From Amphiscolops sp. MND2022 (Eukaryota), in assembly GCA_964187785.1 (NCBI GenBank), contig OZ076415.1, forward strand, positions 40,424,001 through 40,488,000: 64,000 nt of DNA, read 5' to 3'. A program made the position numbers and the translations under genes. Under the pieces are notes generated by a model. That model did no database searches, was not told the DNA's origin, and was given only the letters and a program-made list of their open reading frames with translations. Shown in pieces: positions 1 through 12,572 of this stretch (the first letter of the stretch is position 1; every line of letters begins with the position of its first letter).

Positions 1-654
1 AGTTACCTATTAGGTAAGTGATGATGGTTAGCAGCTTCAGTTTTGAGTTTACCGTCAAACTTTCATATCAGCCAATTCTGAAGTCAACAAAACCAAGATG
101 TTTTGAGAGCAAATGGTGAACACTCGCAAAATTCATTTCATTGGATGTCTCTCAAAAATTTCATACGATACAATGGGCTGTTTCCAACTTCTTTTACATG
201 GTATAAGTCCTCATAATTTAGACGCATTTTATTGCGCAATTTCAAGAAAATTGTACCTCGAAAAACCCGGGCACTCCTCATTAGCGCACTCATTACTTTC
301 GGTTAAAAAACCTTCATTTTTTGGGATTTTAGGTTAATGATTTAAGTCACTGATTCTTCATAGTTCGTTGGCTTGGTTTCTTCTATGTCTATTGAGCATT
401 TTTTGCCCAGAATTTGATTTTCACAAAGTTCCACTATCATTTCTCAAGCATATCGAGCCAAATAGACGTTTTTCTTCAACTGAATAGCTTTTTCAGACTT
501 TTTCCATTTTTCCTCAAACAACCAACAAAACCCAACTTTTTGCTTGCTAAAAATAAATTAGGTTATTTTTTGTGATCAAAAACATATTATACTCAAGTTA
601 AACAATTGATAATTTAAAGAAAATATCTCCAACAGTTAGCGATTTTGAAACTCG

Positions 655-1200
655 GGAACAAGTCGGGAATGGTCCAAGTCGATGACAACCGCTCAAGGCT
701 CAAAGAAGCAGTCTTTTGAATAACTTCAGGGAAAATTATTAAGAGCTCTCAAAAAACGAGCAGCGTCGAAAAACTAGCAGCTCGGAAACTTTTCATCAAC
801 TAAAAACATCAAATATCGGTGAAATTTTCACAAAAAGCCGCTTAGTGCCGAAAAAACATGCCCTGCGAGAGATTCGAACCCGCGTGTTCCTGTCTCGAAC
901 ATATCACGCCTAACCTTGCACGCTATCCACTAGGCTGAGCGACGGGACAACGAATAGAATGAAATTCGAGAGTTTATAAAATCTGTCAGTTGAGTGATTC
1001 GAAAAAGTCACTACTATATATAGTCTGCGTTTTCTATCGAAAGCACCTACACCAAACAATAGCGATATAAGAGTAGTGTTTACTACATGCCTCTTGGAAC
1101 GACATGCCGTTAAACCAAAAATGCTACTGCTGAAAAACCTTTATATGAGAACGGCACCTTCTTAAAATTGGTTCAAAAAGATAGTGTTGAAAAAATTGCT
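655..1200 (-). mobile_element. Degenerate small Helentron-like copy containing a tRNA-like cassette
   Basis: AACAA|GTCGGGAATGGTCCAAGTCGATG...CAAGGCTCAAA resembles the family end; ATAGTGTTGAAAAA shared with 3297. Confidence 0.4.
855..945 (-). other. tRNA-like Pol III cassette (A/B boxes followed by a T run)
   Basis: CAGCCTAGTGGATAG ... GGGTTCGAATCTC ... TTTTTT on the minus strand. Confidence 0.45.
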
Positions 1201-1538
1201 TGTCTTTTATAACTATTTTATGTGAAACAGGTCAAATGAAAAATAAATTATGTAAAACAATAACAAAAGTAAAATGCAAGTGATTAGCAGCATTCACTAA
1301 ATTATTTAAGGCAATGCAGCTTTGAAACTACACAAAACCAGAAGATTCGCATTCCTAATAACCGGCGATAAATTGCGAATTTGAAGTATTGCACTATAAA
1401 GCTTGTCTAAAATTTGCCAGACTACATTATGAATGTGAATTATTATTAACTAAAGTATAAAACCAGAGGAACAGATCGCTTAGATAGAAAATAAATTAAT
1501 AATTCATAATTTAGAGCATTTGTGACACCTAGTCAAAA

Positions 1539-2846
1539 TTATTTGGTGTTGATTTGATGTGAAAAATAATAGAGGACCTGCACAATTACTGCTATTGCGA
1601 CTGTTATGATGAAAATCATGATGTTGTTGGCTCGGCGCCTATCGTTTCGACACAGAACCAGTTCTTGGTGCAAGTTTCTAAGAAGTTTTGAATTCTCTTG
1701 TATCATTTCTGTAAGCTGACGTGTTACGTTTGCATTGTCTAAAACTTCGTTCGAGACAGAATCAACGACTCCTATTGGCTGCCGAGAAGACGAAGCTGAC
1801 ATAGCTCGATTCTGAGATCGAATATGTTGAGTTGTACTCGTTTTTCTCGAAGGTGATACTTCATTCAACTTTTTCTTACTCGCTGTTTCCGACACCGAAT
1901 CCATCCAAGGATCTTCGGCCGATGTTTCCTCGTCGCCTTCGATTGGAGTGTCCAGAGAATTTTGAAAATCCGCGTTGACTGCTCCCAATCTCAAATTTGA
2001 TGCATTTGTCATGACACTGTGAGAACTGCTGCACCTTACAAGAGGAGCAATTTTGTGTTTTGTTAATGTTTTGATGATACCGTTTCTCTCGTACTGTTTC
2101 ATGTCGTTGTCTTTATCCCAGGGTCTATAATCCAGATATTTATAAACGTACATTTTAGGATCAGAATGATCCAGTTTGAAAAATTTGGGCACCCATTGCG
2201 TGCCGCTTCTTGACCTCTCCTTAGCTTCGTTTCGTTGTCTTTCTTCTAGAACATATTTCTCCTCAGTTGCTAAATTCTGATCGCCGGCCAAAATAGCTTT
2301 GTCAACCTTTTTCCACAGCTTTTCAGACTCAAATTCATTCTGATCGGTGTAGTTGACCAAATACCTCGGTAAGCGCTTCTTCGTTACCTCTTTTGTAACT
2401 TCCCAAATTTTCGATTTCTGTGGAGTTTTACTGCGATGATCAGTGAGGAAAATTTCGCTGTCCCATTTACCTTCGATAGTGGCCAATACTTTCCCTCCTA
2501 GCGTGATCTGGCCCATGATGGCATTGCAGTCTTTAGCTCCGAACAGATAGGGTTTCAACTTGAACTCAATGTCTGTCTGATATCCAGTTTTCTCACAATG
2601 TATGTGCACTTTTCCACCCAGTTCCATGCTCAGAGTTCCGAAAAGAATTCCCTTACAAAACGCATAGGGGAACGTCATTTCGTAGTCCTCACCCTTGGAC
2701 AAGAGACTTAGTTTAGCGTTTCCTTCGAAGAATGCAGAGACTGAGGTGCCATAGAATTTGCTTTTGGCCAAAATGGTTCCACTGATAGCAAAACCTTCTG
2801 AGCGGTTGGTGACGTGGAACGTCGATATAGGAGGATGGTGAGAGAC
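1539..2846 (-). CDS. OSBPL8: OSBPL8-like terminal exon (VSHHPP...ORD, coiled coil, TM anchor, stop)
   Basis: In-frame upstream extension of ORF 1539-2771 to a tgacag acceptor gives VSHHPPISTFHVTNRSEGFAISGTILAKSKFYG; TAA at 1539-1541. Confidence 0.9.
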   Translation of the reverse strand, partial: VSHHPPISTFHVTNRSEGFAISGTILAKSKFYGTSVSAFFEGNAKLSLLSKGEDYEMTFPYAFCKGILFGTLSMELGGKVHIHCEKTGYQTDIEFKLKPYLFGAKDCNAIMGQITLGGKVLATIEGKWDSEIFLTDHRSKTPQKSKIWEVTKEVTKKRLPRYLVNYTDQNEFESEKLWKKVDKAILAGDQNLATEEKYVLEERQRNEAKERSRSGTQWVPKFFKLDHSDPKMYVYKYLDYRPWDKDNDMKQYERNGIIKTLTKHKIAPLVRCSSSHSVMTNASNLRLGAVNADFQNSLDTPIEGDEETSAEDPWMDSVSETASKKKLNEVSPSRKTSTTQHIRSQNRAMSASSSRQPIGVVDSVSNEVLDNANVTRQLTEMIQENSKLLRNLHQELVLCRNDRRRANNIMIFIITVAIAVIVQVLYYFSHQINTK

Positions 2847-5800
2847 CTGTCAGTGATGCCCAATTCGAAACTTATTTTTATATACAAACAATGAGTGATA
2901 TTGGTATGTTTATAATTTTGAAACAAATCGATCGATGACAATGCTAATCAAAATTAGTATTTGATCTTTATTTCGTCATGTTCAAACAATGATAGATGAT
3001 ATTAAAGCGAAAATTATCGATATATTACTGTCTGACCGTCTGGCCGAATGTCTCAATACAAACAATTCCAAATTGAACTTCCCCGAAGTTCAGTTTGAGT
3101 AGTTTTCAGCTTCTCAAGAACAAACAAGACGGGAACGTCTAAAGTTGGCACTATATTCAAGGCTCAAAATTAGCAAAGTTTTCAAAATATGCTCAGGACT
3201 TTTTTAAATGAAAACCACACACCCGCTTGCTTTCGAACCCCGCCTCCTCTTCTTTAGTGAAGCTCAATATCGTTCGCATATTACGTCAAAGTTCGAATAG
3301 TGTTGAAAAAGATTATTGGTGGATGTATATTGAGAAAACCTATATTGAGTTTCAGACGGAAAATGAGAATTTTGAAAGTCTCGTAGTGTCGAAAAATGTG
3401 AAAGGGGACCCTTTAAAGACATTGAAAAAATTTCGAAATGTCTAAATGCCAAAAAAATCGAAAGAGGGACCCTTTCGTCTCGTCCGGTTTTGTATGTTAC
3501 GTTAAAAAAAGAATAAATGAAAGGAGGACCCTTCGCACTAACTTAGATGCGTTTTCGCTGGTCGGTCCAATAGTCTCTGTAATGAATGTCTACTCCGTAA
3601 CAGTCGCGCTCATTTTGTTGAAATGCGCCGACTAAAAACAACCAGCAATTTCCTATAAACTTCAGAAAACATCTCATTTTCGTCGAACTTTTGTGGTGCG
3701 GAAAAACATTTTGATTCGGATAATTAAGAGTAATTTTCATGTCATGGTAATTCTTTTTTAAAAAATTCAAAATGGGCATCAGTGGACCTGTTCTGCAATG
3801 TAGAACGTTTTTGTGCCTGATGGATGTAGCCAGTAACAGCGGAAATACTCGCCCAAGATGGGGTTGTATGGTTTCTTCAAACCCTTGGGTTTCTTGTAGA
3901 ATCCAGAGAGGTAGAACACGACCACACTTTTCATGCGTTCGAAAGGGTCGTCTTGGTTTATTGCACTTGTCACCATGTCACAATGGTAATAGTAATCACT
4001 GAGTTTGTCCAAGAATGACCTGAGAAACAGCATGAAAAACTAATCTTCATCGTCAACATGCTCTCTATGCTTTTTGCATTACTGTCATTACTCTACATGT
4101 CAAGTTTGTCAAATTTTCAACCAAGTATTGCCTAGCAAAGCGTCTCATCTGACAACACCAATTGAACATTATCGGCTGCTATAAAAGAAGTTTCCATTTC
4201 AGACTTCGCTATTGCTTAAACCGGTATTTTTCCATCATGAACCTTTATTGGAAAATGACTTAGCTTTGTTCACATACAACAGGGAACATAATTTCCACAA
4301 ATACGCGTTTCCTTTTTCGACGATCAATAAATCCACCCTCACAAATGCGGTCGTTGCTTCTTCAGTCTTCAGCATTCGACAAAAAATCAAAATAAAACTG
4401 CTTCATCTTTTTATGAACACATCCTGTCTTTTCAAAAGATAACTTCCTTGTTCACTTTGGCCCATCGTAAATGGCTTGTAAATGCATTTTGCATCAATAA
4501 ATCACTTCCTGTGCATAAGATGGCAGCTTTAAAGTCTCAAAAGGCAACTTCAATTGGCACAAAATTCGTTGCTAATGGCGAAGAGCTCTTTGTAACTAGG
4601 CGGAAGAACGTACTTTGATGATACCTGGAATAGAATCAAACGAAACTAATGAAGCGTTAGAGAATTTATCTGTAAATCTAAACCAAATTTCTCATAAGGA
4701 AAAACGGTGCCGTCAGGTTTAAAACGAAAGCTCATTGTTTGCTTGTATAAACTGCGGATAATGAAATCGGAAGAAACTTGTTTTCCAAATTTTTATCTCC
4801 TCCATCCAACAAGTCTCCAAAACTGAATAAAAATCACCTGGTTCACTCAAACTGAAAGATTTGAAAATGTTTATAGCGATAGAGGTAGGTATTTTTGAAT
4901 ACATTTAAAGATAATAAAAGTTACTGAAATTCAAAAAATTCACCCTTGAATAAAGAGTTGAAATCTTCAAAAAACACCACCAGCACTAAGTAATATGTCT
5001 TTAAAATAAAAATTATCAAACAAATTACAAAAAGTATAATTAAGGGTTTCATTTTTTTCGAATTAAAAACTAATTTCAAAGAACTTCCAGTAAATTTTAT
5101 CAACTTAAAGATTTCTAAAATAGGCCCCTGCGGGGAACAGTATTATTTCTACTCTTAGGCTTTCATGTTCAATAATGGACGCATATCTGGAATAACTAAA
5201 CACTCCGGTTTAATCATTATATAGCGAACAATTAATCACTGTACGAGTTTACACCGCCTTTCATTCTCGGACTAAAGAAAATATAATTACTAAGCGTATA
5301 CGAAGTTTCGCATTCGCATTTGAATACAGGCGAAGCTCTCGACGAACGAATAATTAACACTCGTTCGTTTCATCTCAATAACTCGGCGTACGAAAGCATA
5401 ATTACGAACCTTCGCTCGCTTCATCTCAATGAATTCGGCGTAAGAATGCACACAGAGGCGAAGCGGTGCTTCGCAACACATGACGAAGACATCGATTATT
5501 TTAATATGCGTATACAGATTATTTTAATCGCATGCGTATATATTCAACAGTTCAACTTTGTTCATCAACGTACCTATGGCACAGTGGTCAACACTTATGC
5601 CGTGCAATCGGGAGGCTGCAGGTTCGAATCTCTCTGGGGTTTTGGCTTTTTTCTAAAAGGCGCTCATTATGAAGTTGACTATAGTGGAAAAAAAAACTTA
5701 CTTAGCTGGACTGCAATGCACATTGACTTCATCATGTGCAATAATTACCGTTTCATCGCACAAAAAAAACGAAACGCAACGAAAAAAAAACGAAAACGGC

Positions 5801-8800
5801 AGCTTGAGAAATTTAAAGCTCACACTTATACTCACGGCCACACAAAATATCTGAATTTCTTCAGTAGGTACTCGGAGGTACCCGCTAACAAAAAGTCGAC
5901 TGAAAAAAGGTGCATATTTCAGATTTCTATATTATTTTTGCTATCACAGAAATTTAAAAAAAACTCTAATTTCAAGATTTCGTAATAGAAAAAAGCTAAA
6001 ACGTCATCAACTGCCTTTTCGAAAGGCGATTCAATAACAAACTACCCCAAATTAAAAGCGCACAGGGTAAAATAACCATTTTCAATCAATCACTGCAAAT
6101 GTGGAGAAGTTTGTGAAGGTAAACGTTGTGTAATTAATACCAAATGATTAATTAAATAATTACCTTGGTTCAAGAATAAACGTGGGCAGGACCACTTTGG
6201 AGAGATCCATTCCAGGCTTGACTTGTTTGACCAAAGTCAGAATTAGACTCTTGTTCTCCCCCTGCACTGACTCCTCCTGCACACCGCCGCCTTCGATGTC
6301 TCCCATGATCTCGGGGGGAGCGAGCACGTACTTGGTTTCTTCCGCCTCATCCTCCAGGCCAGATGACAGAGTGCAGTTGAACTGGGCGTCCACAGGGTCC
6401 ACGGTGGAGGAGCTGTTCAGGTGATTGCGATTGGAGGACCCACCGTCATCGATATCAGTGTCTTCTTCCAGAGGGTCATCCTGAATAAACACACACACCC
6501 AAAAATGATGACATTGATGATTGAAAACAACAATTAAAGGTAGATGATTTGAAGATACTCAGAATGCAAAATACACAGAGCCAGTGGTGTCCAGTTTTAT
6601 ACTGATTGTTGAACTGATCAGTTAAATTTAAATGAACAAATTTACACCCCTCGAAACCAGGTAAACTGATCAGATTAATTTTATCTCGATTCAACTAGCA
6701 AAGTTATTATTGGCCGATGAGGCGATTTCAAGAAAAAGATTAAACTAGTTCAACTGATCAGTTTAAAATTAACAATGAAAAATATATTTGAAAATCTTTC
6801 GAAAAACTGGACTTCACCGAGCTTTAATATTTTAAAAAATTTTGAAGCATCTGAGACTTTTTCATATATACGATGACTAGCTCAAATTAAAGCATTTTTT
6901 CAATAGTTGCTGAGCATTCTCAAATAAATGCCCTGGCATCGTTCGAATGGATGTGTGACAAAACATCCAAATTTCAGATAGACAAATTAGCTGATTTTTA
7001 AAACGGGACAAATAGCTTATTTTGGATACAGGACAAAACGGCGTGATTTGAAAGGACAATGAAATAGTAAAAAGTGGCCTTCATTATTATTTTCTCGAAT
7101 TATGAGTATATTTGTCCTATATCCAAAACCATTCATTTAATACCATTTTAAAAATCGGCACTTTTGTCCCATCTCTTCTTTAACCATCTGGTTACAATGT
7201 AGTAATTAACCGGCAAATCAATGTATTTCGATTGAACTTCAGTATATGCCAACCTGGTAATGATCGTGGCCAGACTCAGCGTCGTCCGCAAAGTGGATAG
7301 TTTCTATGATTTCTGGGTCTGGTTCATAATCATCTTCCGGATCGTCATCCACTCGAGTGTCCAGACTATCTCCCCCAGGAGTGTCTAAAAACATCGAAAT
7401 TAATTATTAAGTCAATAAGACGTAAAAGTTCAACCCAAATCCTGCAATGAATCGAACACCAACTCAGAGGCGTCAATTTCAGCTAACACTGTCAGTCTAA
7501 TAGTTGAAATGTAAAAAGACAGTATTTTACGTTATATTTTCCTAATCGCTAAAATAAACAATGCTCTATTAAGTTCACACTGGTTGAGAAAAAACTGCTT
7601 TTCTTACAAGGATCTTGAAGAATCTTACAAGATCTTGTAAGGTAATGCATTTTCTTTTGAGTCCGTCAAAGAATGTTGCAAGATTCTCATTTAAAATGCG
7701 TTCCTTGCAAGATTCTTGTTAGCAATGCATTCCTTGCTAAGATCTTTGGATTGCATTGCCTTGTAAGATTCTTGCAAGGGTAACATTTTCTTGAAGACCT
7801 TTCATGGAATGTATAAAATGCAAGGAGCTTGCAAGATCCTCGCAAGGATTGCATTCTTTCTCAACCAGGGCACTAACGCCCAATCCATCCCTCAATAATG
7901 GGCTACGTTTTTGGACACTTTTGATGTTTAGGATAAAGATGGCCGTCTTTTTGGAGTCAATCTTTGTAGATATTGGCATCTAAATTCAAGATTTGAATCT
8001 AACATTTAGAATTGAATTGTACATAACTGAACATGATTACCTGCACAAAAATTTCAAAAATAACATGGAATTTTTGACTTCACCTATAGACTTCAATGAA
8101 CAATTTTGAAAGGCAGAGAATCATCATCGAATCGTTTTCACAGCAGGAAAAGCATGCATACATTGAAGCTAATTTGCACTCATGAGAATAAAATATCATC
8201 AAAATGTCATTGAGTAGTGTTAGATGGAATACATGTACTATTACGTTAGATTTTCTAACTCTTGATAAGAGATTACGTGTAAGCACTCTAGACGGTGATA
8301 ATTCAATCAAATAAGGATATATCAAGACACATCAATTAGGTAAATAACTATTTTTTTTCTGTTCTAAAGGACTATATTCATTTTTCAAATCAAAATCAAG
8401 TTGAAATCTTTTTGAAATCGACTATAATCGCTGTAAAATCTTAAATTCAAAAATTACGTGTTTCCCGTCCTTTAAACAATTTCAAGCAATGAACATCGCA
8501 GACTACGTATTAGAAAGAAAGATTCAAACAGTAAAAGTACAAGGAATTTGTGAACTTAATCCAAGAAGCGTTTTCAAAAGATTACGATAAGAGATCATGG
8601 GATAAATGAATACATAATAATTCGAATTGTTTTCGGTTTATCAACTTCAGGGCCTCAATTCAAACATGAAATTCTCAAACTTCGCCAAAATGTGATATGC
8701 GGGAAACGCAAAGGCAATGCAAGACAACACAATTGATGCAAAAATTCTCATGAAACTCACAATGCCGAAAATACCTGATGAGGTTACTGTATTCGCGAAA

Positions 8801-10357
8801 AACCCAACTTGGTCACGTCTAGATTTGCAAAGTTTGTCCTACGCGGGATTCGAACATACAACCTGCTCGCGAAGTATGCACACCAGGCCATGTGGCAGGG
8901 CAATATGAATTATATTATATAATTATTCATCAAATCGGTCACTTCGAGTGATTATAAAAAGCCACCACCATAGTCTGCGTTTTTAGAAAAGTACTTTGGT
9001 ACTTTTGTAGAGATACTTTGAAAAGTACGAGGGATAATGAAATTGGTAAGAAGCACAAGACTCAACATAAAGATGTATATTCCTTACCAGTCAGTGATCC
9101 TTTGATTTTCGCGGGTCCGACTTTAATGGTGAGCTCCATATGATCCATCCAACATTTACCATCAGAGTCAGAGAGAGCTCGAAATATAAGATAACAAGAA
9201 GGTAAATTCAATCCCATCAATGAAGTACTTTCCCCATGAGGCCCCTTCAACGCCCAAATAGATTGCTCGAGGGGATGAAAGATTTTGAAACAAAATCCAT
9301 CCTTCTTCGAAGGCCTTTCAATTAAGTTGCAACAATTCAAGAGAACTGTTCCCACCCATTGACTACTTTTGTTAGTCTTCTGACTGCGGTACAGCACTAA
9401 AAGCCCAGGTTTTAGGACACAATATAACTTGACCCAACTTTTCAATGTTGTACGAACTTTCAAAAAGTTTGCCATCATTTCAACTGAAGGATCATTCAAT
9501 GCCAACATTATTTCTTGCGCTGCCTTTTTCTTTTCCTGTCTGTAAAACTTCTTTTGCTGTCTCAGAGACTCTTTCTTGAGCGATTTATTCAGTGAATGTC
9601 GATCTTTGAGATTTGACACTGCCCCAGTAGAAGCCATTCCATCGCTGCTGACATCTTTTTCTGTGGGAGAATCGAGTTTCGTGTCCGATATACTTTTCTG
9701 GAGGTTGCTCAAATTTATATGTGGAGTTAAAGTAGGAGAGTTTGTTGACTCCAGGTTGACTGCGTTGGAGGATGAGAAGCTGTCGTTGAGGTTCTTCATG
9801 TGCGGAGACATCGTGACCCCAATTTCATTGGGTATGAAGTGTGAGTTGACTGACGGTGTGGCACTGCCACGAAAATTACCATCATCGGTGTACCCTCGTG
9901 ATCTATGCAACATGTTTTCCACGGGTATATATGTGTTACTCGACTCCACTATCATCGAATTTCTAAATACAGTGGGCTGCACATTATTATTATCAGTATG
10001 TCTGAGCACAACTCCATCAGATGAACTCATATTGTCGTCCGAATGATCTTCTGAATTACGGTTTTGATAAATTTGTTGACCCAAAGTGTTTGTGTTCGAG
10101 CTAGTTGAGTTGATCGCCAGCGATTCAGATGAAGTTAACGTCTGCGACTGGTCACCAGCAGAAGATAAGCTTGCGGTTTGAAGAGATTCATTAATTGATT
10201 GACTATTAATCTTTGTATTCTCATTCCCAGATTCAACTTGTCGGTTATCAGGAGTCGGTGCAGCCGGTACAGAAGTTGTTGGTCTAGGGTTGTGTGTTCG
10301 ACCTGATGAACTCGGAGTTTGTGAAGACATCTTGAGGAAGGCTGAATCCTCCACCAT
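1539..10357 (-). CDS. OSBPL8: Oxysterol-binding protein-related protein 8/5-like (PH + ORD + C-terminal TM), spliced: join 9088-10357, 7254-7384, 6164-6480, 3788-4019, 1539-2846; about 1085 aa from the ATG at 10357
   Basis: PH domain (NFLKVRTTLKSWVKLYCVLKPGLLVLY...WMDHMEL), ORD motifs DLSKVVLPTFILEPRSFL, KPYNPILGE and EQ|VSHHPP, C-terminal hydrophobic anchor IMIFIITVAIAVIVQVLYYF. All four introns are GT-AG and the phases (1,0,2,0) join in frame. The true start may lie upstream because an acceptor sits at 10369-10370. Confidence 0.9.
3128..3638 (-). mobile_element. Small Helentron/HINE-like non-autonomous element in an OSBPL8 intron
   Basis: Hairpin AGACG-GGAA-CGTCT, then AGTTGGCAC; other end GCGCCGACT-AAAAA (3625-3638); GGGGACCC core shared with the other copies. 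Confidence 0.7.
3788..4019 (-). CDS. OSBPL8: OSBPL8-like exon, ORD domain
   Basis: tttctcag acceptor, phase 2; SFLDKLSDYYYH...KPYNPILGEYFRC...AEQ; donor CAG|GTCCAC. Confidence 0.88.
5577..5640 (+). mobile_element. tRNA-derived SINE-like head
   Basis: A box TGGCACAGTGG and B box GGTTCGAATC; no complete cloverleaf. Confidence 0.5.
6164..6480 (-). CDS. OSBPL8: OSBPL8-like exon, start of ORD domain
   Basis: tttattcag acceptor, AAG|GTAATT donor; encodes LVKQVKPGMDLSKVVLPTFILEPR. Confidence 0.88.
7254..7384 (-). CDS. OSBPL8: OSBPL8-like exon, acidic linker (DTPGGDSLDTRVDDDPEDDYEPDPEIIETIHFADDAESGHDHYQ); not in the ORF track
   Basis: tttttag acceptor and CAG|GTTGGC donor; 131 nt; phase 1 in and phase 0 out match both neighbouring exons. 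Confidence 0.75.
7578..7870. mobile_element. 293-bp MITE (EnSpm/CMC-like termini) in an OSBPL8 intron
   Basis: TIR CACTGGTTGAGAAA vs CCCTGGTTGAGAAA (13/14), flanking CA dinucleotide on both sides, body rich in CTTGCAAG/AAGATCTT. Superfamily assignment is inference. Confidence 0.7.
8825..8895 (-). other. tRNA-like cassette related to 855-945
   Basis: TGGCCTGGTG ... TGTTCGAATCCC; shares the flanking GAGTGATT...TAGTCTGCGTTTT motif with the 855-1035 region. Confidence 0.4.
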
Positions 10358-10368
10358 ATTCCCCACAT
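9088..10368 (-). CDS. OSBPL8: OSBPL8-like exon: Ser-rich N-terminus and PH domain
   Basis: ORF 9062-10366; acceptor TTTAG at 10369, donor CTG|GTAAGG at 9087. Confidence 0.85.
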
Positions 10369-11789
10369 CTAAATCGGGAAAGAGTTCTGTTAATTAAAAA
10401 CTAGTTGAAGTAAGTAGTAAGACTACGTATAAGTAATTAGTTTAAACAATGCAATGAAATACTTACTAGAGAACTATCACAGAGACGATGCAGTGATTCG
10501 CTTACACTGCTACCGACACACACTCTATTCTACACTTACACAAGCTCACTTAGGTGCAAGCCCATCTAGATCTTAGAAAATGAGAAACGTTCAATGCACG
10601 GTTCAATTAGAATACGAGCTTCATCACTGCTAAACATGAAAAATCCAAATAGTTATCTCTGCAATTGTAGCAATCTGCCATTTAGATGTTGTTTTTCCGC
10701 TGGCGACGTGAGACAGGAAATTTGAGATTGAGGTTCCGAGTAATTTTTTGGCGGGTTCAGTGTTCTTTTATCCAGACCATCGAGTAGAATCGAACGTTGA
10801 ATACTAACAAAATTTCATTCGACATCGAGTATGGTATCTCAGGAACAAAAGAGTATCTGCAGACTACTGGACAGAAGAAAGATCATGAAAGACTTTTTGG
10901 TTGCACCAATTTAAAAAATATATTAGTAGAGGCTAAAAAAACGCTGATCGAAGCAGAACCGTGCCAGAAAACTGGACAGCACTAATCACAGCAACATCCT
11001 TCATTTTTCAGCTGGATCAATTTTGCAAAAAACGGGATCCAACTATAAATTGCCAGACTCGGCTGGATTTTCATAAAAATTCAAAACAGTTGCTCGACAA
11101 TTCTGAGGAAAAATGGATTCGTCAAGGATTTATGGGCTGGTGCTCGAGATAAAAGTACGTTGGATGAAAAAGTTATTTTAGAAACATGATATCACACTGA
11201 TTGGAACTTCTTAAAAACGCTGATGAAAAACTCGGATTAAATGATTTATCGGAGGTATATGTTAGACTAATTTTCCTATTATTGGTGATTTAAGTTTATT
11301 TTCCGGATGATTCATTTTGTCGACAAATCGTTGTCATTGATCTTGGGCCAAGTAGGTCACGCTAGGGTGAGGTGGCAAAACATTAAACCGTCTCGCATTA
11401 GATAAAAACCTACTGGAAACTAAAAACTGAAACAAAGAATTTCATTTGTTAAACACGCATGGGAATGTACGAAAACAAAAAAAACAACTGAAACAGGGTT
11501 AATCAAAATAGCAGTGCGGAAACGCATCGAATCCTTGTGGTGGAAACAAAGGTACGTGCTCGGAACGGCCAGCGAAAAATCCTGAAATATATCGGCTGAA
11601 TCGTAGCGAATTGATAAACTTTCGACTGGTTGGTTTTCGAATTGATTGAGATATAACGACTGTTTCGGTTTGAATTTTTTGAAATGAGCGGGGAAGCACA
11701 ATAGTTTACTATTTGAAAATTAGGAAGACAAAATTCGACCCGTGTTCTACCAAATCCGGTTCCAGCTCGTTCAACAGAGGTTGTTGACA

Positions 11790-12245
11790 TCATTCCGTTC
11801 GATGTCTCAATGTTAGAACACCCCGCTTAGTGTCCCTTGAACAATGTTGTCTCAGATATTTTATACAGTCAACAAGAAATGCAAAAGTATGAACAACACC
11901 TATTGCAACGCTACTGGGAGAACCAAGGTGATCGTAAGAACTGCTGAGTGCTTCACTGCTCTCGAAAACGAATGTCAGCAGATCGACAGAGGTTTTCAAT
12001 TTCCAACTTTTTACTGGACACTGTCAGCTGAAAGGAGTATTCTACAAAGCCTGGAAGGCTGAATCACCCAAATATGCTTGTGGTGAAAACGAAGAAACTG
12101 TCGAACACTTTGTTTTGCAAAGCCAGAAATATTCAGACATGAGAAATGAATTCAACCTGCCTTGTAACCTTGAAGAAGCTTTCCGTCACCCCTCTCTAGG
12201 AAGTTATATTGAAGGAACTCGGGGATTTACAACAACTGAAATTTA
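11790..12245 (+). mobile_element. 3' fragment of a non-LTR retrotransposon with C-terminal zinc knuckle
   Basis: FTGHCQL...ACGENEETVEHFVLQSQKYSDMR matches the TGH...CG..ET.EH.L..C..Y...R pattern. Confidence 0.55.
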
Positions 12246-12465
12246 ACTCACACTTTTCTCTTTAGCTCACTGCATATATCTGCTCGTAAAAGAAGCTTTT
12301 TTAGATAAATATATTTATATAAATTCCGTTCGACATAGGAAATTCGATCTCTATCAAGCTATCTATTCAGAAAGATGGAAACAACGAAATGTCTCAATGG
12401 GTTACTAAAATACATAACTCAGGAAAATTAACCCGGTCTCATCAAAAGCTCCAAGAGGCATACTT

Positions 12466-12502
<37 letters not shown>
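12466..12502 (+). repeat. (GTA)n microsatellite, the (CTA/TAC)n 3' tail of the LINE
   Basis: About 12 perfect units directly after the LINE 3' UTR. Confidence 0.95.
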
Positions 12503-12572
12503 AAGACTTAATTCCAAGATTATGGAGTTATAAAATACGTACATGTTATGAATAAAACGAAAAACCGAAAGA

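Noticed and set aside
4200-4630. Exon or pseudogene in an OSBPL8 intron (strong acceptor near 4626, LPPSYKEL reminiscent of CDT1)
   Set aside because: All frames are closed by several stops, and the OSBPL8 model joins in frame without it.
5320-5985. 221-aa ORF
   Set aside because: Runs through a motif-rich island, a SINE head and A runs; no domain; Lys-rich from composition.
9576-10046. 156-aa plus-strand ORF
   Set aside because: Antisense shadow of the OSBPL8 exon; the same applies to 6182-6424 and 3772-4002.
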